A DNA stretch of 64,000 nucleotides from Vicugna vicugna (GCA_013265495.1 MU057632.1:356054-420053), one strand, 5' to 3'. Positions 24,655-37,489 are shown, counted from the first letter of the stretch. Numbers and translations are program-made. The notes: generated by a model from the sequence alone, not told the origin.

Positions 24655-24697
24655 GTTTCTGTTTAAAAAAAAAAAAGTTTCTGTTTAAAAAAAAAAA
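24655..24697. repeat. 22-bp tandem duplication gtttctgttt(A)n
   Basis: Two adjacent copies read directly from the sequence. Confidence 0.85.
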
Positions 24698-26149
24698 TCA
24701 GGCTTAAGTATATCCACACTATATGCCTGCTCTGTGTAGCTCATTTTCTTGTTGAAGCTCAGGACTCATCTGCCTGAGAATAATCTCATTACAGTCAATG
24801 AACAGACTCACCATTAGCTCTTCCTGCCCTTTTTAATCCTATTACAGCATCTATTTGTCTTTCAATTTTTGACCTTTGCAAATTTGAAAATCAGTATTTC
24901 CTGCAAAATTTAATATTACTGTTTTTAATATGATGAAGACATCTAATTACACTGAAACCTTAAACAAGCTTTTGTGGGTCAGCAGAGATCAGTTTGATAC
25001 CTTCCCTATCACTTTACAATCGCATCTAAGACGTAAAGGTCTCTGGGGTGAGGACTGGGTACCAGGACAGGTGAGCAGGCTACACAGACATGCTTCTGGA
25101 GCTGGGGGATATTCTGCATTACTCTCTCCACATCCTTCAAGCCTTATTTCTTGTAAGGACAATGACAGTGCTATATGGTCCGTGACCTCAGATCCAGGGT
25201 GTTTCTGGTGCTCCCAGAGATCAGATCTGTGACCCTGGCCAGCTCTAATGAACTGAGCTAATCAGTTGCAGACACCAATGAGTTCCTTTGGCTCCCTGTG
25301 GTCCTGGCTTGCTTTGAAATACGACACCTGCTTCGCATTACTGTTAGAGCTGGCAGAATTTATCCACTTGGGGTCCATTTTATATTCTTTATAAAGGTGT
25401 ACGTTTTCTGAAATGAGCACATACACATTTATGGAATGATCATTTTCTGCCAGTGAAAAGGGCATACCAACTGTGCTTACCCACAATAATTAGGAGAAGC
25501 AGTCATCAGAGGAATCAAGGATATGAAGAAGAAAAAAATCAGACTTACTTTTCAACAAACATCTTAGCGTGTGTAACAGGTTACTATAATAAAACCTCAG
25601 AAAATGATAACATATTTGGGAAGCAAAAAAGATGGGATTTGTTTTTTTAATTTTATGTAAACATTTGGTAACAATCCCTGAGGTCCTCTTAAATGCCATT
25701 CCTAAAATTTCTTTGGGATAGACACTGAGTGCTTTTAATAAAATTCTGATTCCCATTTTACATGACTCCCCTCAAGTATTTTGCACTGCTGTAGGAAAAC
25801 CAGCTCTCGCAACTAGCAAGACTCGATTTACAGATAAGATCATTCTGAAAAACTACTTAAATTGAAGATTTTCAACTACATAATGTACAAAGTCTCTTTG
25901 ACTTCTAAATCTCTATCATTCCCTAACTATGTGTTCTTAGATCTCGAAAGGAAGATGAACAAAATTAGGGTTTCTAGGACTGCGATGTAAATAAAGCAGA
26001 TTTTCTCAGTATCTGGCTGCTCCTTCTGGGTTGGGTCACCAGCAGCAGGAGGACACATAATCTCATCTCTAATTTCACAGCCTTTTGTTCAAGTTCTGCT
26101 GGAGCTGACGCCTTCCCTCTGCAGAGGCAGGCGACCTGGGCTTGGCCAA

Positions 26150-26545
26150 TCAGCATCATCCACCCTTCTGCCAGCCCACAGGATCTGTTTCCTGGGCACG
26201 TTAAGTGAATTGGTTCAGTAAGACATCCCAGTAGAATTTTTTTTTCAAGTTTTTGGAAAAAGGAATTGTCACTCTGCTTGGATAAGGAAAGTTTAGGTAT
26301 GGTGATTCTGCCAACCAACATACTGAAAGAGTCTACTTCAGAGTAGAGTCAGTTCAGAGGAAGCACAGCAGAGTTGAGATGGAGAGAAAGAGAGGGACCA
26401 ATTAATAACATTTGAGTCCTTGAATCTAGCTTTGCCTGAAGCAAGTAACACCCAGGACTTTTCTGTCATGTGAGCTCGCACATTCTCTTTTTTGCTTAAA
26501 CCAGCTTTATTTGGATTTCTACAACTTGCAACCAAAAGAAAGCTA
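26150..26545 (+). mobile_element. Old MaLR LTR relic (MLT1J/K-like)
   Basis: 3' end 'cattctcttttttgcttaaaccagctttatttggatttctacaacttgcaaccaaaaga'. Confidence 0.6.
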
Positions 26546-26918
26546 AAAAAGGAGGGGTTTACAAAGACCGATGTGGAGCACCTTCAGTTCCACTGCAGTG
26601 GCTGCCACATTCCACCTTAAGTACCCCCGCTCCTGAAGTCAGCCTTTCCTACATTGGTTTAGTTTATTCTTTCTTGAGGCACCACTCTGGTCAGTAAAAA
26701 AAGGAGAGGCACAGACACACTCTCCTCATCAAGGATTAACCTCTAGCCTTACCTTAGCATTTAAAAAACAAAGCAATCTTTCTCTTATCCAAAATTATAA
26801 CGTGTTTAACTTGACAGTTCTGAAATGTTAAGACACCGAGATAATCTTCAACGCTTAAAAATGCCCAAGCCATCACTACATATCAGAAAGGTCCTCTTTT
26901 GTCACTCTTTAAAAACAA

Positions 26919-27443
26919 TGATTGTAATACATTAGAACAAACCTGACTCCATATTAGATCTGTTCCTTTGACTCTGACCCTGGGCTCTGTTTCCCGTGCT
27001 CAGTCCTGCTGGTTCTGCACCTTTTGTAAAAGAATGTTGCCTAGAGCCTGAAATATACAGGACAGCCTATTCTCAAGACTCTGACCTTTAAGAGTGTAAC
27101 ACTTCTTCTATTTGTATAGAGATTAAAAAGTTGCAGAACAGAGAATTGCACTTGTCTTGGAGGTTTACAGGAACATGTGACCCGACCTACATGGACAGCT
27201 GCAAGAACAAAGGGTTTCTGAACCAAGAAGTTTGCAACAACTAACATACAACCCTTCCCCTTTTTAGCATAAAAGGAGCCTGAATTCTGATTGGGGAAGA
27301 TGGTTCCCCAGGACATTAGTCCCCCATCTGCTCCATCTGCTGGGGTTTCCAAATAAAGTTGTCATTCCTTGCCCCAACACCTAGTCTCCTGATTTCCTGG
27401 CCTGTTGTGCGGGGAGCAATATGAATTTGGACAGGGTCAACCA
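26919..27443 (+). mobile_element. ERV1-class solo LTR (MER41-like)
   Basis: TG...CA termini with 4-bp TSD acaa (26915-26918 and 27444-27447); TATA-like cataaaa ~27268; AATAAA ~27352; 5' 'agaacaaacctgactccatatt' resembles cetartiodactyl MER41-like LTRs. Confidence 0.8.
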
Positions 27444-28229
27444 ACAAAGAAGGCTGATACTGAATTCTAATAAGCTTTAATTTTCAACAGCATTTAAAAA
27501 ACTAATTTTGTGGCATATTTATGAGTGCCATCTCTCTCAGTCTCTTTTTCTCTTTCTTCTTTTTTTTTTTTAACGTTCTGGTTCATTTTAGAAATTTAAA
27601 TTTTTTGTACTTTCTAAATGCCTGTGATTTGGCTCAGTGGAGATACCGCTTTTGAAACAACTCCATGGCTAAAAGCGGGTATAAACATATGTGTAGCCTT
27701 TCAGTGTTCATTTATCACTTGCGAATGTGTCCCGGAAGCTATAAATAGGAAACCCGAAGGCTCCCGCGCACACAGACATTCATATGCATGTGAACTCTCA
27801 TCTGCATCTATTAAGATTTTTTTCAAATTTCATGATAATGCCTCTTTGTGAAAATTTCATTAGCCACCGTAAATCAGGCTCTGAGACCATCACTTACTTA
27901 ATAGAACTTTGACATAATTTTAACATGCCAGTGCTGTGGAGAAGATGTATCTACTCATTTCCTCTCCTTCCCTGGTCTCCATGAGTCAAGCAGACAGCTC
28001 TGAAAGTGGCACGCCAGGGCCAGGAGACGCAAAGCACATGTGGCGTTTCTCAGTACCCTGCACAAAATGAGAAATTCAAATGTTTGAAGGGCTGGGCACA
28101 GGGCCTGACACACAGTAAGGGCAGAAATCAAGGCCAATGCTCCCATCTGCCTTTCCTGTCTTTGCATGAAAATGCACACGTGTAACATCTCCTTTCTTCT
28201 GAAGGAGTGATATGTTTTAGAAGAAGTTT

Positions 28230-28437
28230 TGTTCTTTTTTAAATTTAAGTGTAGTCAGTTACAATGTGTCAATTTCTGGTGTACAGCATAATGTCCCAGT
28301 CATGTACACATATATACATATATTCATTTTCATATTCTTTTTCATTAAAGGTTATTACAAGATACTGAATATAGTTCCCTGTGCTGTACAGAAAAAATTT
28401 GTTTTAAATTTATTTTTATATCTAGTGGTTAACATTT
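28230..28437 (-). mobile_element. Short LINE-1 3' tail
   Basis: 'aagtgtagtcagttacaatgtgtcaatttctggtgtacagc...gaatatagttccctgtgctgtacag'. Confidence 0.88.
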
Positions 28438-28459
28438 CTTAATCCTATCTCATCAGCTC

Positions 28460-29115
28460 TCCTTTAAAAACATTTTATAACGCCCCACTAATACCCCTAA
28501 ATGAAATACATAATTTGCCTAAACCCAGAATTCCCCCAAAACCTGTAATATAAAGGAAACATATAAGAAAAGTAGTTCATAATAAAAATATATTTCAGTA
28601 GGCAAATGTTTAAGCATAATAAACTTGATTAAAGGGTATCATTAAATTGTTGGATGGCGTATACAGACACAGCATCCTCGAGATGACAATCACTGTCAGC
28701 GTATAGTAGTTGAGGCACATTTTATTGGCAACTCAAATACCGCAAGCTGTGATGTCATTTATGGCATAATTTTTTTGGAATAATAACCAACTCTATTATA
28801 ATGTTCCAAATAAAACTAACTATAGTCGTCTCTTGAATTACACAGTAGCTGAATTCCTGCAAAATTTAGTGCGCAAAATTACTCTGTGTTTATGTGCATA
28901 ATGGAGGCAGGCTTAAGTTCAGATGACTAGAAACAGGTTTTTACCTACGTAAATGTCCAGCAGGATTTCCAAGTGCAACGGCCCTATGCATTGCACACAG
29001 ACATTCAGCATTTCTGACCTCTGTCCAGACATCTAGACAACCTGAAAGCATCTCACTGGTTTAAAAAAAACTCTCCCTGGGTGAGGGGGCACGGCAGGCG
29101 GGTCTACCTCTACTG
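28460..29115. mobile_element. Probable ancient hAT-Charlie DNA transposon relic
   Basis: Degenerate resemblance to Charlie/MER5-group internal and terminal sequence; family not resolved. Confidence 0.3.
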
Positions 29116-30574
29116 AGACTTTTTCAGAGTGACACGTTTTATTTCAAACCACATCCTTAGTTATAATGAAATATTTGCAACACATGATAAAGTCTTCCAC
29201 ATTCTTCCCCAAATTCCTCTGGCACTGCTGTCCCCTATGATGAAGACATCAACAGTGTTCCTCTGTATCCCTAAATATGTATGGATAGTCTTGGTTCTGA
29301 ATTTGCTGAAATGGCCTTGAAATAGACATTAATTACATGCTTAGTTGGAGACAATGGAACAAGATCCCCTTGCCAGAGTAATTGGAACCCTGCAGCTATG
29401 CCCTCCCAGTTCTCACACAGTAGCAACAAATTTTAAGGCACATAAAGCACCAGAGGCAGGTGGAACTGTAACAGCATCTCAAAGTCAATTGAAAAAAAAA
29501 TCTAAATTAAGATTAAAAAAACAAAACACATGACCAGTCATTGAAATGCTGATTCATGACTTTGTGATTACTAGACTATAGCCATTTTAAGAACCATGTT
29601 TATTTAAAGATCTGTTTCATTCAAGAGCTGATTTACTTGTCACACATGTAGCAAAACATTGATTCCAAAATCCTGGTCCACGGGGATATCTCGAATGTTT
29701 ATTTTATTGTGCTTCAAAAGACTGACGTGGCAAGACCTTGCCATATCCACACAGAAACCACGGCAACAAGAAGCTTGAATTTAAAATGAGATTTTGCAAA
29801 GGTTTAATGAACAGTGATTATGAGAACTAAATGGACACACAGTAAAGGAAAAAGACTCTGAGATATTGAAAAAAAGAACAAAAGAAACAAAATTTAAAGA
29901 CTTTTTGAATGTAAAACACTTGCTTTTTCCATAGAGTCATAATTATATTCAGCAATTTGACTTTTGCTACTATGGTTTTATACTCATAGTCTCCAAAGAC
30001 GTTTATTTTGTGGGAGTCTTAATTTAGACAACATATTGTATTAGTTTCCTCTCTTCATGAAAATAGAGGAGCTTTCTTTTGCTGGCTACTAGGCTTTGAA
30101 AACAAATGATTTCCAAAAAGTTGAATTTATGAAAACCACCCACCAGCCAAACACAGGCAGGAGTCATGTGCTATGACACCCTGAACTCAAGATACATATG
30201 CACCTTTCTGGAAGTCAATATTTTGAATCTTTCCCCAAGTTCCAAGTGTGTGTTTGAGATGGGGGATGGTGTAGGGGAGGGGAGAAAGGAGGGAGAACCA
30301 CTCAAAGCATGACCTCAGGGGAAGTTTTCCATCCTGATTTCTGGATACAGTCTGGTCGATGTCACATTCAGTCATCGAGTGTGTGTGTGTGTGCGCGCGC
30401 CTATGTGCTAGCCTGTGTACACAAACACACGCACAGACACACACACACTATTATGTACTCTGGCCCCCTTTTTATTCCTCTCGTATGCAAAGTAGCTTCT
30501 CGGGTATTTACATAAACTACCTCCTCTGCCCAACATGCTATGCTCTCCCCCTAATTCGCCCCGTGGGTGGCTGT

Positions 30575-30890
30575 TAGTCTTCACATCTCACCTCAAATGT
30601 CACCTCTTTGGAGAAGCCCTCCCTCATTCTCTATGGAAGATGCCATTCTCATCCACCAACAGTCATTTTTACCCCTTCATTTCCTTCACAGCATTTAAAA
30701 CGCTGCAGTGACCCTTTTTTTGTTGACTTACTGATCTTGTTTGTTTCCTGATGATTTTTCTTCACTAGAACTCCGGCTGCTGGAGGGCAGGGTCCCTGGC
30801 TCTCTCTCTCTCAGGCCTAGAACAATTCGTGGCACTTAGAAGATGCTCCAAGAAAAAAAGTCTTGGTTAAATAAGCTAGCATTGAATAGA
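30575..30890 (+). mobile_element. L2 3' end relic
   Basis: 'ctcaaatgtcacctctttggagaagccctccct...cactagaa...ggagggcaggg...ggcacttagaagatgctc'. Confidence 0.7.
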
Positions 30891-30985
30891 ATTCTTGGGA
30901 GCGAAAAACTCTGTTCTTTATCTTCACATTTAATATTTTGGGCTTTCTTTTTTAAATTTCCTTAACTCTCAAAACCAGTTTTTCC

Positions 30986-31170
30986 AGGCAGAGAGTATAG
31001 CTCAGTGGTAGAGTGTGTGCTTAGCATGCACAAGGTCCTGGGTTCAATCCCCAGTGCCTCTGTTAAACAAATAAACTAACAAATAAACCTAATTACCACC
31101 CTCAACCCCCAAAAAATAAAAAAAAATTTTAAATTCGAACAAATAAAAATAAAAATAAAAATAAAAATAA
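30986..31170 (+). mobile_element. tRNA-Ala-derived SINE (Vic-1-like, long form)
   Basis: 'tatagctcagtggtagagtgtgtgcttagcatgcacaaggtcctgggttcaatcccc', 'cctaattacc' module, (taaaaa)n tail; TSD ~aaacSagtttt. Confidence 0.93.
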
Positions 31171-32069
31171 CCCAAACGAGTTTTCCCCAATAGGTTTGAC
31201 CCCCACAGAAAGAAATAATTATGAAAGTTACTATTCTGGATTTAATCTGGAGCTCAAACTGATGCCAAATTGCACTTGTCACTACAGCCAGCTTCATCTC
31301 ATTCCAGTCCATGGGGTGAAATGGGTTCTCCTGGGCTGTCCTGGCCTTTCCACTTAGAGAAACTGAACTATCTCATGGTCTTTCTTGTGATGACGTTCAT
31401 TCTACAGAGAGCAAGAGATCTCGACTTCAAGGAGGACTAAAGAAAAGCCTGTCAGTATAAGTTTTTAAGCACTAAAAGTACTGCTTTAAGAAACTGTTAA
31501 TGTTTAAGTCAACATTTTAATGAATTCTGGAGAGACCTGACAAGTTGAGTCTAGTCCTGATTCTATTTGGACACTGCGAGATTCTCTCAACCCAACACTA
31601 TTCTCTTGCACTGGGACCCACCAAAACCCATTATAAAACGATCCTTTGTGAAACATTAAGTACTTTCTTCTCACTTCTCCTATCCAATGAGTCCTTTCCA
31701 CCTAGTCCCCTAAAAGAAAACACAAAAAAATGACATGACCCAATACTAAATTTATCAGAGAAACAGCCATAGAAAATCTTACTGAGACGCTTGAGATGAT
31801 TTGGAGTACAGCCTACAACTATTAGATACAACCTGTTAAATTGACAGCTTTACCTTTTCATGTCTCTTTCTCTAGTTTTCTAAAGAAAGAGAATTTTGCC
31901 ATAGTGTTAATGAAATTATTGACCAACCAATATTGCCAAATTGTCAACCAATTATTGACAAGTCAAATGAGATAATAATGTCTTGCAGGAGAAAAAAAAC
32001 CACAAAAGAAGAATTGTACAAATATAAGATTCTGTTTTCAGGGAAGGAAAAGAAAGGTATCCTCTGATT

Positions 32070-32230
32070 TGGGTTCATTTCCCTACTTTTTCACTCATTA
32101 GCTGTGTGACCTGAGGCAAGTCTACTGACCTCTCTGTGTATCAATTCCTTCTCTTTAAAAATGAGAATCATCATGTTTGTCTCACAAAATAGACCTAATG
32201 ATGAGAGTCACTACACCTGATATCTAAAAC
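32070..32230 (+). mobile_element. MIR relic
   Basis: 'cactcattagctgtgtgacctgaggcaagtc...cctctctgtgtatcaattccttctctttaaaatgag'. Confidence 0.75.
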
Positions 32231-32514
32231 ATGCTTAATGGCATTAAAAATGAATTAAACATATATATGTTAATGCCTCTATCACTGTTTCTCTCTCTAT
32301 ATCCATTTATTTAAATGACTTTAAGCACTACCCCATATAGTGAAGTTTCTGTATGCACCAAGAAAACTGCCCATCCTACAATTCTAGGTTTGGGAGTACT
32401 TTGGAACCCCGGTCTGGAGGATAGAGAACTGGGTTTCAGTTCTGGTTCAGCTGAAGGGCACCAGGTCAAGCTTTTAACCCCTGGGCTTCGTTCCCCTGCA
32501 CGTGTCAGACACAC

Positions 32515-32685
32515 GGGACAGACCCGTGGTTTCCGCTGGGCTGTATCCTGGTGTCACCTGGAAGACTGAGAACAGATGATGCCATGACTCCTCCCTCAGC
32601 TAGCCTGGTCTGGGGTGGGACTGAGCACTGGTAATGTAAAATTACCTCCTCAGGTGATTACTGCACAAAGCTAGGTTGAAAGCTT
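32515..32685. mobile_element. MER5-like hAT relic
   Basis: 'gtggtt...tcacctggaagact...ggtctggggtgggactgagcactggta...ctcctcaggtgatt'. Confidence 0.55.
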
Positions 32686-32942
32686 TTGATTCTTCATTGT
32701 CTTATGACTATTCTAGACCCAGCAAGCAAGAAAGGACAGTATGTTTAAGGACAAACTATGTTTTCCCTATGTATAAAAAAACAGAAATTATTTCCCAGCT
32801 CAAAAGTTAAGAATCCTTGAGGAAAAACAGAATTTAATGTTCTATTATAAAGGACAGGGCTTACAAAGTCAATAGGTTTATGTGATGCTCATATTATGGA
32901 AAGGAATTTGTTATTACCACCATGATATTGAACTATAAGGTC

Positions 32943-33044
32943 TGGGTGGGAAGGTAGGGCTCAGTGGTAGAGTGTGTGCTTAGCATGCATGAGGTCCTGG
33001 GTTCAATCCCCAGTACCTCTTTAAAAAAGAAAAAAGAAAAAAAA
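32943..33044 (+). mobile_element. tRNA-Ala-derived SINE (Vic-1-like, short form)
   Basis: tRNA head directly followed by an A-tail; 14-bp TSD tgaactataaRgtc at 32929-32942 and 33045-33058. Confidence 0.93.
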
Positions 33045-33556
33045 TGAACTATAAAGTCAATTATAGTTATCAAGAATTATTTCAAAATTTGTATTATAAA
33101 ATATTTGTTCAAACAATTAAAGAACTCTTTACCAAATTGTCATTAATAATACTGCTATCAGATGCATAGTTTAATAAATAAGATTGCAAGCTATTTATAG
33201 CTATAAATGATTCAGGACCTTTCCAATGCAAAAGGATGCCCCAGCCCTGCAGGAGGAAGAAAAGAGAACTTTCCATGAAGGAGTGTTTCTGAGTCAGGCC
33301 TTACGCGAGGAACCACTGTATTTGGTACGTCATCCTCACACGGTGCTGTGAGGCAGGTGTGACTCTCCCCACCTGAAAGTATCCCAAGTCTCGTTCCCAG
33401 AGAGGTGATGCGACCCTCCCATGGAGATTCCCATGGAAAGCAGTAAAGCCAAGGTTTGAATGTGGACACTTTGATTTTAAACTCACTATACTCATAACAC
33501 ACAGTTTGCAAAATTCCTCTGTATTTTTTCTAAATTTTCCTCCATTCTAACTTTTA

Positions 33557-33597
33557 ATTCATTCGTTCATTCATTCATTCATTCATTCATTTGTTCA
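33557..33597. repeat. (TTCA)n microsatellite, probably an L2 tail
   Basis: attcattcgttcattcattcattcattcattcatt. Confidence 0.85.
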
Positions 33598-34264
33598 ATT
33601 ACCAAGGAAGCTGTCCACCAAACTCTTAGTAACATGCCAGGCTGGAGTCTCAAAGATTTCTAAGGAAAGCCACAACTGGAGTGTAAGTTGTCAAAGGCAC
33701 AGGCATTGAGGCAACCAAGAAATATCTTGAACAACAATAAAGAAAAAGGGAAATCAGATTGGTCTTGAGACAGCTACCAAACCAGTGAATCAGAAGAGGT
33801 ACAAACAGAATGGCCGGGGCTGGTACGGCAGATTAACTGGTGAATGCCTGGGGAGAGGTGTCGATCGCTGGAGCTGGGAGTCTGGAATGGGGAATATCAT
33901 GGCCATGGTAACGGTCACAGAGGTGAGCACAGGCAGGTGGGGTGTGTGCTGGGTCCAGTGGCCTGTGCACTGATGGCCAGGACAATGAGGGACCAACACT
34001 CAGGTCGCCTTCCTGAACTGACCTCATGTCTCCCTCACAATCACCTGGCTATCTCAGCTTCCCATACAGATTGACTATATAGTAAGTACTACAATAAAAA
34101 TTTTTTTTTAACTACCAAATGTTTGGGTCTCTCCAGAGACCAAGCAAATCAGAATGACCTGGGGAGAGCACTAGATATGTGCACTTTCTAGAGCTCCTTA
34201 GATGGCTCACGGACACAACATGGGGTGAAAACCCTGGTAGGGGGTGGGGTGGGCACATGTATTC

Positions 34265-34765
34265 TTTAAGAAGCCAGGTGGTAAATACTTTCAGCTCTGC
34301 GAGCCATAGGGCCTCCACTGCGATTCCTCAGCTCTGCTACTGTACGTGTGAGCAATGTGGGTAACACGTGATGAGTGTGGTCATGTTCCAACAAAGCTTT
34401 AGGTGAATTTCATGCAGTTTTCATGTATCATCATATTTTACATAGAAGACAAAGTTGCAGTTACCGAATGGGAAAGGAGGGGAGGGGTAAATTAGGAGTT
34501 TGGGATAAGCAAATACATACTACTGTATACAAAAGAGCCAAACAACAAGGTCCTACTGTATACACAGGGAACTATATTCAATACCTTGTAATAGCCTATA
34601 ATGAAAAAGAAACATGAAAAGGAGTACATATTTATGTGTAAATGAATCTCTATGCTAAGACAACATTGTAAATCAACTACACATCAATTAATAAAAAAGT
34701 ATAAAATCCATTCTCAGCCTGTGGATGTACCAAAACAGGTGAGGGGGCTGAATTTGTCTCCCGCT
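34265..34765. mobile_element. MER58-like hAT element split by an L1 tail
   Basis: 'gccaggtggtaaatactttcagctctgcgagccatag...ctcagctctgc' then, after the L1, 'ccattctcagcctgtggatgtaccaaaacaggtg...gctgaatttg'. Confidence 0.7.
34441..34698 (+). mobile_element. LINE-1 3' end
   Basis: 'aattaggagtttggga...cacagggaactatattcaataccttgtaatagcctataatg...attgtaaatcaactac'. Confidence 0.9.
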
Positions 34766-35119
34766 TCAGGGATGTCAAATCCCAGTCCACGGAGGAGGGG
34801 ACACCAAGGCCAGACCACCTGATGTGTTTCGCTGCTAATGGGCTGATACTCTTGTTTCCATCCACCAGTCTGGAGATCTTGTCACTGGGAGTCAGCATTC
34901 TGACTTTGAAGAGATCAAGTTTTCTAAATTTATGATGCTGAGGTCTAGACTCTGGGTGATAAAGTCACTAAAACACATGCCTGTTCCTGGGGAACTGACT
35001 GGGAGCAGCTGGCTTTCCTCACACAAGACTGCCTCCCTCATTAGGACACACCATGAACTCTGTGTATTAGACATTTATCAGGCATCACTAGCAGGTTTTG
35101 TACTACATCACTATTTATG

Positions 35120-35487
35120 CTCCAGAGCAATGCCATCTCACATGGTAACACTCGCCACATGTGGCTCTTGTGGCTGGTCTGAGTTCAGAATACACAAGGG
35201 ATTTTGAAGATTTAGGATGAAAAACAGAATGCAAAATATCTCACTAATAATTTTATAGGGAATAATTACAATCATGCCAAATACTATTATTTTGGTATCA
35301 TTTCAATGTAATATCAATGTTATAATACTTAATAAATCTTGAAATGGTATTTTTGGATATGTTAGTTTAAATAATATAATACTGTTTAAAATTAACTTCA
35401 CCTGTTTCTCTTTACCTTTTTTTAATGTGGATAATGCAGAACTTAAAATTATCTGTGGGGCTCACATTATATTTCTACTGGGCAGCC
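35120..35487. mobile_element. MER33/MER3-like hAT element
   Basis: 'gccacatgtggct...gattttgaagatttag...aaaatatctcactaataatt...aattaacttcacctgtttc...ggctcacattatatttctactgggcagc'. Confidence 0.75.
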
Positions 35488-35986
35488 CGCTGTAGATGGA
35501 GGAGCTGGACTGCTCTAAACCCAGGGCTTTTGGCAGAGCTGGGGACATGGTGGGGTTCCACACAATCATTTGTTGAGGGAAAAGACAATGCTCCAATAAA
35601 TAAGAGCTCTGATACAGGTGCACCCCAGCTGCAGTGTGCACACAGGAGGGTTACTCAGACCCCTGGGCAGGACACAAGATGCAAGCAGACCCCAAGGAGG
35701 GCATGATGGCTGAGCCTACACTAGATGGCTGAATTCATCAGGCACCAAAGAGGAAGAGAGGTGAGAAAAATAGAAACATTCTGCCCTGCTCCTGTTTCTT
35801 TGCTAACTCCCCAGCCCTAGTCACTGTCTTGGCTGCAGGACATCTCCAACCTCTGCTGCTAGAAACTATGACTCAGACCGAAGGAGCACAGGGGGGCACA
35901 GGCTGAGGGTGGGCACAGGCCCCTCCAACCTCCTGAGAGAGAAAACTGCCTACAGAAGGTATAAGAGATTGTTCTATTTGTCCTTC

Positions 35987-36699
35987 TTTTAAAAAAAATT
36001 TTTTAATTGAAGTGTAGTTGATTTACAATGTTAGTTTCAGGTGTACAGCAAAGTGATTCAGTTACACATATAAATATATACATTATTTCTTTTCAGATTC
36101 TTTTCCATTACATGCTATTACAAGTAATTGGATACAGTTCCCTGTGTTATACAGTAGGTCCTTGTTGTTTATCTGTTTTATATATAGTAATATGTGTCTG
36201 TTAATCTCCAACCCCTAAGTTATCCCTCCGCACCCTTTCCCCTTTGGTAACCATAGTTTGTTTTCTATGTCTGTGAGTCTGTTTTTGGTTTGTAAATCGA
36301 ATTTGTATCATTTTTTTTAGATTCCACATATAAGTGATATCATATGATATTTGTTTGTCTTTGTCTGACTTACCTCACTTAGTATGACAATCTCTAGGTC
36401 CATCCATGTTGTTGCAAATGGTATTACTTCATTTTTTATAGCTGGGTAGTATTCCATTGTACACATATACCACATCTTCTTTATCCAATCATCTGTCAAT
36501 GGACATTTAGGTTGCTTCCATGTCTTGGCTATCATAAATAGTGCTGCTATGAACACTGGGGTGCATGTATCCTTTAGAATTGGAGTTTTCTCCAGATATA
36601 TCCTCAGGAGTGGGATTGCTGGATCATATGGTAAATCTATTTTTAGATTTTTAAGGACCCTCCATACAGTTTTCCATAGTGGCTGCACTAATTTCGTCT
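35987..36699 (-). mobile_element. 5'-truncated young LINE-1 with ORF2 C-terminus
   Basis: ORF 36317-36688 (QPLWKTVWR...YDPAIPLL...WKQPKCP...WMDLE) is the L1 ORF2p C-terminal domain; TSD tatttgtYcttc at 35975 and 36700. Confidence 0.96.
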
Positions 36700-36869
36700 T
36701 ATTTGTTCTTCATGGTGTGATAACAGAAACATTTACCAGGATAGATAAAGCAGACAGAGTCTAAAGCACTTTGGTCAATGGCCTTTGAGACTGTCATCAC
36801 CTTTCCTGGCTGATGTGTGGCTGTCTACCTGCCTGGCTTTTTGATCATTTAACTCTTGATTAACTTTGC

Positions 36870-37360
36870 AGAGTTTGTCCCTCAGAAATATCATAAATAT
36901 CACCTATTCAATTCTAGACCACTGTGATAAAACAAATATCACAATAAAGCCGACACACGAGCATTTTGGTTTCCCAGTGCATATAAGTTTTGTTTACACT
37001 ATTCTGTGGTCTATTAAGTGTGCAGTAGCATGATGTCTAAAAAGACAATGTCAATTAAACAACCTTAATTAAAAAATACTTTACTGGTAAAACATGCTAA
37101 CCATCAACTGAGCCTTCAGCCAGTCATAGTAGTTACATCAAAGACCTCTGATCACATCACCATAACAAATATGATAATAAGGAGAAAGTCTGAAATATTG
37201 TGAGAATTACCAAAATGGGACACAGAGACACAAAGTGAGCGAATGCTGTCGGAAAGATGGTGCCAACAGACATGCTCAACCCAAGGTTGTCACAAGCTTT
37301 CAATTAGTGAAAAAAAAAAAACCACAGTAAAATGAAGTGCAGTAAAACAAGGTCTGCCTG
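36870..37360 (+). mobile_element. Tigger1-derived internally deleted DNA transposon
   Basis: 'ttttggtttcccagtgcatataag...gtctattaagtgtgca' and right end 'gaattaccaaaatgggacacagagacacaaagtgagc...aaacaaggtctgcctg'. Confidence 0.85.
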
Positions 37361-37489
37361 CATTCTTCTTTGATTATTTGATAATTTGGCCTTCATCCAC
37401 TGTGGTTCATTCAGAATCCACAAGCATCACTTTCTCTCTCAGTGCTACTATCTACCATTGAAGCTGGAAAAGTGAATCCCCAAGCTCAG

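Noticed and set aside
36317..36688. 123-aa ORF as a host gene
   Set aside because: It is the LINE-1 ORF2p C-terminus in a 5'-truncated insertion. The same applies to 58756-59001 and to the antisense ORFs 36525-36764 and 58608-58946.
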